Shown here piece after piece: positions 30,152-40,322 of a DNA stretch of 64,000 nt. Every line of letters begins with the position of its first letter. Within the stretch, counting starts at the first letter, position 1. Location of the stretch: assembly GCA_965116925.1 (NCBI GenBank), contig OZ220744.1, forward strand, positions 256,001 to 320,000, written 5' to 3'. The notes under the pieces were generated by a model. That model was not told the origin of the DNA. It searched no databases and worked only from the letters and a program-made list of their open reading frames with translations. The DNA comes from Candidatus Poribacteria bacterium. GTDB lineage: Bacteria > Poribacteria > WGA-4E > PCPOR2b. The position numbers were made by a program, and so were the translations under genes.

Positions 30152-32221
30152 ATGATACCTCAGAACCGTCGCCGCAGATCAATCCATGCCTTACTCATCT
30201 CTCTAATCATCTATCTTTGCATTGCTATCATATTGACGTTCATATATTATCAGCAAAATGGACAAAGGTTTGAAGATTTGGTGGAGATTGAACTGTTTGA
30301 TGAGAAAGACCTCCTCAAGTCACGCCGAGAAACGCTTAAACCGCCCCCGCCGAAGCGAATCAGAGTTCCACGACAGTTTCAATCATCAATTGTCCACCAA
30401 CCCCAAACGATCAAACTGACAACCTCCGCAAATCAGATTAGTGAGACTCTCCAGCTATCAGCACAGCCTTTGCTTCACAGTTCAACCCCCGATCAACACA
30501 ATCCCCAAGACCAACTTCCCGATGTTACAACAGTGGCAGAACGACTCAATCGCCGCGAAGCGCGGATTAATGAGGAGGTTTCAACGCGCTTCCAAACAAG
30601 CGACGGGGAAGGAGTGAGAAGCAATCGACAACGAGCCAAAGGGAGCAGTAAGGGCGGCATCCATGCGCTGGAATCTGCTAGCACGTCGGATATCGGAACT
30701 GTCGGCAATCGTCCCGGTCAGCGTGGCTCGGGCCATGAGGATGGCTCAACCACGAGCGATACCGCCCCCGATACTCCCTTTGCTGAGGCTTTGCGCCGCA
30801 TCGCTGAACATATCATTGATACGCGCACGAGAGATCAGGTTGATGTCGTTTTTGTACTCGATACAAGTGCAAGTATGCGAGATAACATTCAGCAGGTTGC
30901 AGATAATCTGTTCAGTATGACCGATGCGTTTGATGAGATCAACATCGAATATTTTCTGGGCATGACTGAGTTTAGTGTTCGGCACGAGGGACAAGTGCTG
31001 AAACGTCGTCCGCTTGTACCAGATGTCGGGATGCTTCGACATCAGATGAGAAAAATCCGATTGAGTGGTGACGAACACGCGCTCGATGCGATGATGGACA
31101 CTTTTAACTCCATGGAATTTCGTACAAACGCTGATAAATTTCTGGTACTGGTAACGGACGAGCCCGCCACGACCCGATTTGGAATGGATTCCGACCCTGA
31201 TGAGATGCGTCAGAAGGTTATCGACACCTGTCAGTTATATGAATTACATGTCAATGTGCTAGGACACACGGAGAAATATCAGGCACGCCTTGCAGAAGAA
31301 ACCGGTGGGCTATGGCAAGAGATTCCCGGTGGGGTCAGACAGAGAACTAGTTTGCAGGCTTCACCTACTAGTAGGGGCGGTCTCGTTCAACTCTTCCGTA
31401 CAATTGCCACCGATATCCGTCGAAATGCCGGTGCACTGCTATTCAGCGTTGGACTTGAGTTCCAAGCAGCTTTCGATGATCACGGAGACATCCTCACCGC
31501 AAAACTCCGTCGAGAATTTCAAAAACACAACGTTATCCTTTCTGAGACTTGGCGGCTTGCTGAAAGTGCCACCACCTTGGTTAGATCACCAGGCGAGGTA
31601 TGGGTAATCACCGATCATGGCAGCGGACGAGTCTATACAATTCGGAAAGAAGGGGATAAACTCAACGTTTACCTCGGTATCCATCCAGAAGCCCCTACGC
31701 ACCAGATAGCAGACATCGTCATCATGCTCGATTACAGTCGTAGTATGGGAGGTAAGTCTGAAGCAATAATGCTCGGTATCAGCACCTTAATTGGGAGATT
31801 AAATCTTCTACCAATTGACTATCAAATCGGACTCATCCGCTTTGCAGAGGCAAAGGATGCAATCAAATCAGTCGATGGTGCAGATGTCATCCAGATGCCG
31901 ATTAGGGAGACCGGGATACGAGATCTGCTTGCAGATCCTTTTGGTGGGGACGAACACCTTACGGATGCCATTGCGAAAGGGCTGCGACAATTTCACTTTC
32001 GTCGTGATTCCCGTCGCTTTATCCTTGTTTTAACTGATGAACCAACCACCGGCACTATCCCACCGGAACGTGCGATAATGCTTTGTCAATCATTGGGGGT
32101 GCGGGCGTATGTTATCGGTGTGCCGGGCAAAGGTGACTTTCAATGGAAGTTGACCGAACAAACCGGCGGTCGGTTTTTCCGCATGCCAAAACACCTGCGC
32201 CAGTCCAATCCAGACCAATAA
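30152..32221 (+). CDS. membrane-anchored protein with two vWA domains
   Basis: MIDAS motifs DTSASM and DYSRSM; two L[VL]TDEP motifs. Confidence 0.8.
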   Translation: MIPQNRRRRSIHALLISLIIYLCIAIILTFIYYQQNGQRFEDLVEIELFDEKDLLKSRRETLKPPPPKRIRVPRQFQSSIVHQPQTIKLTTSANQISETLQLSAQPLLHSSTPDQHNPQDQLPDVTTVAERLNRREARINEEVSTRFQTSDGEGVRSNRQRAKGSSKGGIHALESASTSDIGTVGNRPGQRGSGHEDGSTTSDTAPDTPFAEALRRIAEHIIDTRTRDQVDVVFVLDTSASMRDNIQQVADNLFSMTDAFDEINIEYFLGMTEFSVRHEGQVLKRRPLVPDVGMLRHQMRKIRLSGDEHALDAMMDTFNSMEFRTNADKFLVLVTDEPATTRFGMDSDPDEMRQKVIDTCQLYELHVNVLGHTEKYQARLAEETGGLWQEIPGGVRQRTSLQASPTSRGGLVQLFRTIATDIRRNAGALLFSVGLEFQAAFDDHGDILTAKLRREFQKHNVILSETWRLAESATTLVRSPGEVWVITDHGSGRVYTIRKEGDKLNVYLGIHPEAPTHQIADIVIMLDYSRSMGGKSEAIMLGISTLIGRLNLLPIDYQIGLIRFAEAKDAIKSVDGADVIQMPIRETGIRDLLADPFGGDEHLTDAIAKGLRQFHFRRDSRRFILVLTDEPTTGTIPPERAIMLCQSLGVRAYVIGVPGKGDFQWKLTEQTGGRFFRMPKHLRQSNPDQ

Positions 32222-32293
32222 GTTTTACTTAATGGCATCAATTCCAGAATCCCGATTGCTATAGCAAGCAATAAGACGACTTGTATAAAACCA

Positions 32294-32571
32294 TAGGGCT
32301 ATTTATGGTGAATTAGACAAATAAGTGAACATTCGCCAAAGTCCCCCTGACAAGGGTTTCCCCCCTGATAAGGGGGGCTAGGAGGGTTGTTTGTGGGTAC
32401 AGATTTCCCAATCTGTACATGTCCATTGGAACTGTCTAAGTAATTCTATCATCTACCATAGTTTTCCGTTTTTTGACCGATTTCGGAATGCCCTGAATCC
32501 GTAGGCGGGGCATCTTGCCCCGCCGTAGCCTTGACCGGGCAATCGAGCTACGGGAGAATTAAATGCCCCGA
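32294..32571. mobile_element. MITE-like family A copy with a nested TA-flanked insertion (32306..32458)
   Basis: Collinear with 5357..5562 except for a TGGT..ACCA insert bounded by duplicated TA. Confidence 0.6.
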
Positions 32572-32738
32572 TGTCAAACCAATTTAGTGCTTGCATTTCT
32601 AAATGAGGTGTGCTAAAATCAGTCCTATATCTTCAAATGGTTTTGACAAAAGCAGTAACGGATAAATTCTCCACTATAGACGTGCGTGTAAGCACATTTA
32701 ACACCCAATCTTAAAACAATATTGTAAGGAAAAACACG

Positions 32739-33311
32739 ATGGCAGATATTCTAATTATAGGTGATGGTCCCGGCGGTTTAAGTGCCGCACTCTTCCTAGC
32801 CAAAAACGACATGAATGTAACCGTTTTTGGTCAAAATAAAACTTTGATGCATGACGCGATGCTCTACAACTACTTGGGCATTCCTCAGATAACCGGAACT
32901 GAGTTTCAAGAAATTTCGCGGAAACAGGTCGAAGGATTCGGCGGCAAAATTCTTGACGTCGAAGTAACTGAAATCGAGACTGGTGGTGCCGAATTTTCCG
33001 TGAGTACGGCAACAGGTGATAAGCACCGAGGAAAATATCTTATCGTTGCAACCGGTTTGGAGGAGGCGTTAGCCGAAACGCTTGGGCTTGATACCGATAG
33101 CGATAATGATGACGCTATTGTTGCCGATCGAGAGGGGAAGACAGCCATTGAGAATCTCTATGTTATTGGGTGGTTGACTCGTGGTCAGCGAACACAAGCA
33201 ATTATTTCCGCGGGCGAAGGTGCCTCAGCAGCATTAAGCATTATCTCAACCGAAATCGGCAGAGATTTTCACGATTTTGATGTCGTTAAAGAAAACGGGG
33301 ATGATGAGTAA
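32739..33311 (+). CDS. short FAD-dependent oxidoreductase (thioredoxin reductase-like)
   Basis: IIGDGPGGLSAA, LIVATG, QAIISAGEG. Confidence 0.8.
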   Translation: MADILIIGDGPGGLSAALFLAKNDMNVTVFGQNKTLMHDAMLYNYLGIPQITGTEFQEISRKQVEGFGGKILDVEVTEIETGGAEFSVSTATGDKHRGKYLIVATGLEEALAETLGLDTDSDNDDAIVADREGKTAIENLYVIGWLTRGQRTQAIISAGEGASAALSIISTEIGRDFHDFDVVKENGDDE

Positions 33312-33339
33312 AATATGATAACTCGTTGGTAATTAAGAT

Positions 33340-33370
33340 GCTCAGAGACATTGTCTCTGGGCTTTTTTTT
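33340..33370 (+). terminator. intrinsic terminator
   Basis: GCTCAGAGAC..GTCTCTGGGC followed by T8. Confidence 0.8.
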
Positions 33371-33410
33371 AGAGTAGGTAAGTTTTCACAATATTATAAG
33401 GAGAACCGGA

Positions 33411-34961
33411 ATGCAACGGTCCAGAATAACTACAATTGAGACTCAAAGAAGGCTGTGCTGCCTCGTCTGTTTTCTATTTATTTTGTGTGCAGCGACCTTA
33501 TATGCAGCCGGATTTGAAGATGTTGAACAAAAAATCAGAGAGCATGTTTTGTCCAACGGTATGAAGTTCATCATCCTTGAGCGGCATGAGGCACCGGTGT
33601 TTTCCGGATATATTTATGTCAACGTCGGTAGTGCTGACGAAGTATATGGAAACACTGGAATTGCCCATGTCTTTGAACACATGGCGTTCAAGGGAACAAC
33701 GACCCTCGGAACAAAAGGGTATGATAAAGAAAAAGTTCTTATGGACAAAATGGATGACGTGTTTGATCAACTCAGAGTCCAATGGGCAAAAGGAGATCAC
33801 GCAGATCCGGAAAAGCTAGGTGGATTAGAAGCCGAATTCAAGCAGCTTCAAGAGGAAGCCTCTGAATACTCCGATGGTGAAGAATATACAAAGATCCTAG
33901 AACAGGAAGGAGCTGTCGGTGTGAATGCCGGCACTTCCGCTGATTGGACTGCATATTTCTATAGCCTGCCCTCAAATAGGATTGAGCTGTGGATGGCACT
34001 CGAATCTGAGCGATTTATTGATCCCGTGATGCGAGAGTTCTTTAAAGAGAAGGACGTCATCAAAGAAGAACGACGGATGAGAACTGAAAGCAGTCCAATC
34101 GGTAGATTGATTGAGGAACTCCAAGCACTAGCATATCTAGCACACCCCTATGGTCATCCGATCATCGGTCACATGTCAGATATTAATACAACAACCCGCG
34201 CGGAGGCCCTCCAGTTTTTTAAGGAATACTATACCCCCGGCAATATGGTCGCTGCGATTGTTGGTGATGTAAATGCCGATGAAGTCATCCAGATGGCGGA
34301 AAAATACTTTGGGAGAATGCCTGCTCGCCCAAATCCACCCCGTGTTGAGACTGCCGAACCGAAACAGCTAGGGGAACGACGCGTCAAAATTGTAGAACAG
34401 ACGCAGCCATTCATCGCTATCGCCTACCACAAACCGGAAGTCAGACATCCAGACAACGCTGTATTTGGTGCAATAACGGATATCTTGGCTTCAGGGCGAA
34501 CATCACGTCTATATAAGAAATTAATTCGAGATGAAAAGGTCTCTATCTCTGCCGGTGCGTTCCCGGGATTTCCGGGCGACAAATACTCAAATCTCTTCCT
34601 CTTCTATTCATTCCCCGCGCAAGGACACACCAACGTGAAAAATGAAGAGATGATTTTGGAGGAAATTGAACGTCTCAAAACAGAGTTAGTTTCGGAGGCG
34701 GAACTGAAGAAAGTCAAAACACTGGCAAAGGCAGGATTGATTCGTTCGCTTCGTTCTAATAGGGGGCTAGCTGGAATGTTATGCAGCACTGAATTCCTTC
34801 TGGGTGACTGGCGAGAGTTGTTTAAGTCGCTTGAGCGGATTGAAAAAGTGACGAGCGAAGATATCAAACGGGTTGCAAACGAATATTTTGTGGATTCCAA
34901 CAGATCCGTCGGAGAGATTGTAACATCGACAGACGATGACGAAAAGGAGGAAAGTCAGTGA
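33411..34961 (+). CDS. M16 family zinc peptidase, catalytic subunit
   Basis: GIAHVFEHMAFKGT (HxxEH), EERRMR, HPYGHP. Confidence 0.92.
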   Translation: MQRSRITTIETQRRLCCLVCFLFILCAATLYAAGFEDVEQKIREHVLSNGMKFIILERHEAPVFSGYIYVNVGSADEVYGNTGIAHVFEHMAFKGTTTLGTKGYDKEKVLMDKMDDVFDQLRVQWAKGDHADPEKLGGLEAEFKQLQEEASEYSDGEEYTKILEQEGAVGVNAGTSADWTAYFYSLPSNRIELWMALESERFIDPVMREFFKEKDVIKEERRMRTESSPIGRLIEELQALAYLAHPYGHPIIGHMSDINTTTRAEALQFFKEYYTPGNMVAAIVGDVNADEVIQMAEKYFGRMPARPNPPRVETAEPKQLGERRVKIVEQTQPFIAIAYHKPEVRHPDNAVFGAITDILASGRTSRLYKKLIRDEKVSISAGAFPGFPGDKYSNLFLFYSFPAQGHTNVKNEEMILEEIERLKTELVSEAELKKVKTLAKAGLIRSLRSNRGLAGMLCSTEFLLGDWRELFKSLERIEKVTSEDIKRVANEYFVDSNRSVGEIVTSTDDDEKEESQ

Positions 34962-37093
34962 AAAAGTACCCGTTGTATTGGCTGATATGGAGTTTTGCCC
35001 TGATTCTTTTGATTACTGCTACTGGAGATGCACAAAACAAGCCCCATGAAGGGCTCGTTTATCCGCCCCTAAATCAACCGCAGCCACCCGTTCCTGATAG
35101 GTTTGAATTGGATAATGGGATGATTGTTTATCTCCTAGAAGACCATGAACTGCCAATCATTGACATTTCCGTCCGGATTCGCACCGGTTCACTCTACGAA
35201 CCTGCGGACAAAGTTGGATTGGCATCGATCACTGGGGCCGTCATGCGAACAGGTGGCACCATAAGCAAAACCGGAGATGAACTTGATGAAATTCTGGAGA
35301 ATCTAGCTGCTTCCGTTGAAACGGGCATCGGTGACGATGCCGGTTCAGCGTCTGTGTCGGTGTTGAAGGAAGACCTCGATATAGGGCTATCCATCCTCGC
35401 TGATATCCTCATGAATCCCGCGTTCCGAGAGGATAAAATCGAGTTAGAAAAGGTGCAGCATCGCAGTGGTATTGCGCGACGAAATGATAATCCGGGGGCG
35501 ATCACAAGACGAGAATTCAGCAAACTCATCCACGGTGCAGACAGTCCGTATGCACGCACAACTGAATATGATACGATCAACAGTATCACCCGTGACGACC
35601 TCGTCGCTTTCTATCAGAAATTTTTCCACCCGAACAACATCATTCTTGGTGTGCTTGGAGACTTCGATTCCGAAACTATGCTGCCAAAAATTCAGGAGGC
35701 TTTCAAGGGTTGGGAACCTGCGGAGATCAACCTCCCTGAAAAACCAAAAGTCCCTGAAACCCATGGGAAGAGAGTCGCGCTAGTAAACAAGGATGACGTG
35801 AACCAAACCAATATCCGTATGGGACATATCGGTTGGTTACGTAAGAACGAAGACTATCCTGCTCTGGTGGTGATGTCCCAAATTCTGGGGATTGGGTTTT
35901 CCAGCCGGTTGATAAACAGCATCCGAGTTGAAAAAGGGCTGGCATATTCTGTTGGAAACAATTACGGCGCAGGTTACGATGTCCCCGGCGTCTTTTTCAT
36001 TGCATGTGGAACCAAATCGGAAGCCACTGTAACAGCAATCGAAGCGATTCTGATTGAAGTTGAAAAGATGCGGGCTGAAGAGGTTACCGACGAAGAGTTA
36101 AAACAAGCAATTGACGGCTTCATGAATTCCTCTGTGTTTGACTATGATACCAAGGGAGAAATTCTGTCTCGAGCGCTCCGATATGAATATCATGACTATC
36201 CACAGGATTTCGTTGAACAACTCATGGCGGGGATTCGAGAAGTCACGAAAGCAGATGTCAAGCGTGTTGCCGCTGAATACCTGCATCCCGATAAATTCAC
36301 ACTCATCGCCGTCGGCAAAGCCAGCGATTTTGATAAACCGTTAAATACACTCGGAGATGTCACAGAGGTCGATATTACCATTCCACCGCCCTCTCCTGAA
36401 CCTGTCCCCGAAGCAGGTGAAGCGGATGTTGCAAAAGCAAAGATGATTCTCGCCGACGTTGTTGAGGTATATGGTGGTACTGAGAAATTACAGTCTGTGA
36501 GAAGTCTCGTCACCCAGGGACAATACACCCTCAACACCCCTGGGGGAATGATGCAGGCAAATATAAAACACTCTCGCGTGTTACCATACAAAATTCGACT
36601 CGATATAACGCTTCAACCTATGGGTATACAGATGAGCCAAGTCTTTGACGGCGAATCTGCTTGGATGGCTATGCCTCAAGGGGTTCAACCTATGCCCGGT
36701 TCTCAGGTCGAAGAATTCAAAAAGGACGCGCTTCGGAATACCATCAACCTGCTGGTCCATCTTTCCGGGGATGACGTATCTGCTCAATATCTTGGGACAG
36801 AAGATGTAAACGGCAAATCGGCAGACGTAATACGAATCACCATATTCGATGCAGATGCCTTAAAACTCTTTGTTGATCAGGAAACGAAGTATATTGTTAA
36901 GAAATCGTATCAGAGTTTGGGGCAAGCGGGCCCGGTGGAAGCGGAGGAGTTTATTGATGACTATCGGGATATCTCCGGAGTTAAAATTGGCTTTCGTACT
37001 GTAGTTCACCAAAACGGTGAACCCTTCCTTGAAGGCACTCTCAGCGAGGCCATCATTAACGCCGAAGTGGATGAATCGTTATTTGAAAAGTAG
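34958..37093 (+). CDS. M16 family peptidase, non-catalytic partner with extra C-terminal domain
   Basis: No HxxEH; SSRL...IR.EKGLAY; about 230-aa extension after a PPPSPEP linker. Confidence 0.85.
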   Translation: MKKYPLYWLIWSFALILLITATGDAQNKPHEGLVYPPLNQPQPPVPDRFELDNGMIVYLLEDHELPIIDISVRIRTGSLYEPADKVGLASITGAVMRTGGTISKTGDELDEILENLAASVETGIGDDAGSASVSVLKEDLDIGLSILADILMNPAFREDKIELEKVQHRSGIARRNDNPGAITRREFSKLIHGADSPYARTTEYDTINSITRDDLVAFYQKFFHPNNIILGVLGDFDSETMLPKIQEAFKGWEPAEINLPEKPKVPETHGKRVALVNKDDVNQTNIRMGHIGWLRKNEDYPALVVMSQILGIGFSSRLINSIRVEKGLAYSVGNNYGAGYDVPGVFFIACGTKSEATVTAIEAILIEVEKMRAEEVTDEELKQAIDGFMNSSVFDYDTKGEILSRALRYEYHDYPQDFVEQLMAGIREVTKADVKRVAAEYLHPDKFTLIAVGKASDFDKPLNTLGDVTEVDITIPPPSPEPVPEAGEADVAKAKMILADVVEVYGGTEKLQSVRSLVTQGQYTLNTPGGMMQANIKHSRVLPYKIRLDITLQPMGIQMSQVFDGESAWMAMPQGVQPMPGSQVEEFKKDALRNTINLLVHLSGDDVSAQYLGTEDVNGKSADVIRITIFDADALKLFVDQETKYIVKKSYQSLGQAGPVEAEEFIDDYRDISGVKIGFRTVVHQNGEPFLEGTLSEAIINAEVDESLFEK

Positions 37094-37268
37094 TTCAGCA
37101 ACGGCCACGCTGAGTCCGTTTCAAGAGTGCATCAAAATAACCTGAGTTGCGAGTTATTGAAACACCATCGATTTTCTTGTAGGGGCGGGGTCTCCCCGCC
37201 TGTCAAGTGTTGAACCGAGTTGGGGTAATCCACACTTACTATTATAGAGAGGTGCAGTCGGATTTTCA

Positions 37269-37299
37269 GTGTGGCATTTTTGCGACGATGGTGTGGCAT
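37269..37299 (+). promoter_or_regulatory. direct-repeat upstream site GTGTGGCAT-N13-GTGTGGCAT (candidate enhancer)
   Basis: Matches 3827..3857 including much of the spacer and flank. Confidence 0.55.
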
Positions 37300-37501
37300 A
37301 ATTTCAACAGTTTCTTGGTAAGTATGATACCCTTTCTGATCTGGGTATATCAAAAACCGTTGATGAATTCACTCGTTTATTGATGAACCGATGGACTAAT
37401 GAACCAATGAGCTAATGTTTTTTACGTCCCGATACGTCGAGGATCCTCGCCTTGCGGGATTTTACGCATTTTGCATTTTCTTTTAACATGAGCCAATAAC
37501 C

Positions 37502-37518
37502 GTGGCATCCAAATTGCT
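37502..37518 (+). promoter_or_regulatory. sigma54 promoter
   Basis: GTGGCATCCAAATTGCT, GG-N10-GC, 36 bp before the ATG. Confidence 0.7.
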
Positions 37519-37554
37519 TGTAGTTGATGAACCAAACTTAACGCAGAGAATCGT

Positions 37555-38412
37555 ATGGGTAAGCAAAACATCACCGAATTTGATGGATTAGATTTAGAAC
37601 TGTTTTTTTGCACAGAAATCTTAAAGTTAAATTCATTGCATTACGGATATTGGGCGGAAAGCGAAAAACTAACAGAGGGAGATAATAAACTAACCCTTGA
37701 GTGTTTGCGAGATGGGCAACAAAAATATACAGATATGCTCATAAAAGCGATTCCTAAGAATGTTAAAAGCATTCTGGATGTTGGCTGTGGAATTGGAGAT
37801 GTGTCAAGAGCACTCTCAAAATTGGAATATGATGTAACCGCGATCTCACCAGATAGTAACCATGCGAAGTATTTTGAGAATGATCTCTCACAATTAACCT
37901 TCTTACAGACGAAATTTGAGGATCTCGACATTGATAACAAATTCGATCTGATTCTCATGAGTGAATCTCAAAATTATTTTCCAACCGAAATCGGATTTCG
38001 TCAATGTACTACGCTTTTATCACCTGAAGGATATCTACTTGTTTCGGGGATGTTTAAAAAAGATAGCAGTAGTAAAATTGCAGAGGTTCCCAATACCATT
38101 GAGGAGTATGCAGCAGCCGCTGAAAGGCACAATTTATTATTAATCAAAAATGTTGACATAACCCAAAACATACTTCCGACTATCGATTTTATATATGAAT
38201 CCATGCAGAATTATGTGGAGCCAAGCGCAAAAATGTTAAGTCAATTTATATCATCAATAGCACCTCTAAAAAGCTGGTTCATTAAATTCTTTTTTCGGAA
38301 GCAGATAAATACGACCCTACAGCTTTATAATTATTATAGAAAAAGAACGGATCCACTTTTTTTTCAGAAGAATATCGTTTATGCTAGACTCCTGTTTCAA
38401 TACAATGTTTAG
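37555..38412 (+). CDS. class I SAM-dependent methyltransferase (AT-rich)
   Basis: LHYGYW, ILDVGCGIG, FDLIL.SES. Confidence 0.85.
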   Translation: MGKQNITEFDGLDLELFFCTEILKLNSLHYGYWAESEKLTEGDNKLTLECLRDGQQKYTDMLIKAIPKNVKSILDVGCGIGDVSRALSKLEYDVTAISPDSNHAKYFENDLSQLTFLQTKFEDLDIDNKFDLILMSESQNYFPTEIGFRQCTTLLSPEGYLLVSGMFKKDSSSKIAEVPNTIEEYAAAAERHNLLLIKNVDITQNILPTIDFIYESMQNYVEPSAKMLSQFISSIAPLKSWFIKFFFRKQINTTLQLYNYYRKRTDPLFFQKNIVYARLLFQYNV

Positions 38413-38618
38413 GTGTGAAACGTAAAATTTTACCCGGCTTTCCTTTCACAACCTGCCCCAATGGCTTTTTGATCGTTTGATCCCCTCACCGACGATGCGA
38501 AAACCGATACTCGATTGATACGCTGCCAACTCCTAACCTATTGAGATTGGCCAATCTGCATGACGAGTCTTTAAATCCGTAAAAAGTATAGGGCAATACG
38601 CATCACGCGCCACCCATC

Positions 38619-39395
38619 ATGAAACAAATTGTACACTCCATCAACAATTGGCTGAAATTACGAGTTATCGAAATACAGGAATTTGTAATTTTCATGGCAA
38701 ATGTTGCAAGGAGCTTATACAGAAAGCCTCGATATTGGCACGATTTCTTCGATCACATGGACATCATGGGGGTTGGCTCGATTCCGATTGTACTCATTGC
38801 GGGCGGATGTATTGGTGCTTTAATCACGCTGGAAACGCTAGCAGAGCTGCGTACCTTTGGGGCAAACGTGTTGTTGGGAAAGTTGACCGGGCTTTCGATT
38901 ATAAGAGGTTCAGGCCCCGTATTCACCGCGATGATTGTTTCGACCCGTGTTTGTTCGTCTGCCGCTGCCGAGTTAGGCGCAATGCAGGTAAGCCAGCAAA
39001 TTGATGCCTTGGCGACGATGGGCGTAGACCCGTTTCGGAAGTTAGTTACCCCACGTATTGCTGCTGGGACGCTTATGTTTCCTGCACTAGCCACCATAAA
39101 CGGTGTCGCCGCAATCCTTACAGGCGCGTTGGTAGCACAACTTTCGGGCGCAATGAGTCTATCGTTTTTCCTGAATCAATCCTTGAGCAGTATCACCCCC
39201 GGCGATGTTCTCTGGGGACTAACCAAATCGACCGTATTTGGTTTTATTGTCGTTTCAATCGCTTGTTACTATGGACTGCGCGTTCAGGGAGGCACCGCAG
39301 GGGTCCGAGCCGGCGCATCTCAGGCTGCAGTTGCTTGCGTGCTTCTTATTCTTATTTCCAACTCTATCATGACAACGATTGTGCATTCATTTTAG
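38619..39395 (+). CDS. mlaE: MlaE-family ABC permease
   Basis: AELGAMQVSQQIDAL..MGVDP...LVTPR. Confidence 0.9.
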   Translation: MKQIVHSINNWLKLRVIEIQEFVIFMANVARSLYRKPRYWHDFFDHMDIMGVGSIPIVLIAGGCIGALITLETLAELRTFGANVLLGKLTGLSIIRGSGPVFTAMIVSTRVCSSAAAELGAMQVSQQIDALATMGVDPFRKLVTPRIAAGTLMFPALATINGVAAILTGALVAQLSGAMSLSFFLNQSLSSITPGDVLWGLTKSTVFGFIVVSIACYYGLRVQGGTAGVRAGASQAAVACVLLILISNSIMTTIVHSF

Positions 39396-39512
39396 CGAGG
39401 ATTCATTTAACGCGAAAGCTCGGCTTACACTTTCTTCTTGTGTGACCCCCGTAGGTTGGGCAACAATGAACAAATGGATTTCACGTTTCACGCATCACGT
39501 TTCACGCTTTCT

Positions 39513-40274
39513 ATGATTTCACTCAAAAACATTAACTTCTTCTCCAATGACGCGCAACATATCCTCAAAAATATCACTTTTGACATCCCAACTGCCAAGG
39601 TGACCGCTATTATTGGGACGAGTGGATCTGGAAAGACAACCCTCCTTCGTATCATAGCGGGGTTGTATGAACCGACAAGCGGTGAAATCTGGATAAACGG
39701 ACAAAACCTAGCGGCACTTCCGAAGACCAAGCAACAGCAGGTTCGGAGCAAAATGGCAATCGTGTTTCAACACGGTGCCCTCTTTGATTCACTCACGGCG
39801 TGGGAAAACGTTGCTTTCCCGCTTTATGAACAGAGGGCGATGCCGATTTCAAAGGTAAGGGAGGAGGCGGAGAAATTACTGGAGATGGTTGATTTACACG
39901 ATGCGGCAGATCTCTCGATTGATCGATGCAGCGGCGGAATGCAAATGCGAATCGCTATCGCACGGGCACTCGCCTCTTATCCTGAAGTTATTCTTTATGA
40001 TGAACCTTCTAGTGGTTTGGATCCAATTGCACGAGGCCTCATTTGTGATCTCATCCAGAAACAACAGATCCAGCAACGGATGACTTCAGTGCTTGTTACC
40101 CATCAACTATCTGCGGCGTTTCAAATCTCCAATCATTTCGTTTTTCTATACGAGGGAGAAGTCCTCTTTGAAGGAACTGCCGATGAATTGATGGCAGCAA
40201 AAGATCCTTATATTCAACGCTTCATTCAACCGCCGAGTCGCTCTTATCGCACAACCGATCTTGTGCGTTTGTAA
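39513..40274 (+). CDS. mlaF: MlaF/Mkl-family ABC ATPase
   Basis: GTSGSGKTT, FQHGALFDSLT..ENVAFPL, LYDEPSSGLDP. Confidence 0.9.
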   Translation: MISLKNINFFSNDAQHILKNITFDIPTAKVTAIIGTSGSGKTTLLRIIAGLYEPTSGEIWINGQNLAALPKTKQQQVRSKMAIVFQHGALFDSLTAWENVAFPLYEQRAMPISKVREEAEKLLEMVDLHDAADLSIDRCSGGMQMRIAIARALASYPEVILYDEPSSGLDPIARGLICDLIQKQQIQQRMTSVLVTHQLSAAFQISNHFVFLYEGEVLFEGTADELMAAKDPYIQRFIQPPSRSYRTTDLVRL

Positions 40275-40322
40275 AAAGTTTGCAGTGCAACGAATTGTAG
40301 TATTTTGATGGAGGTAATATTC

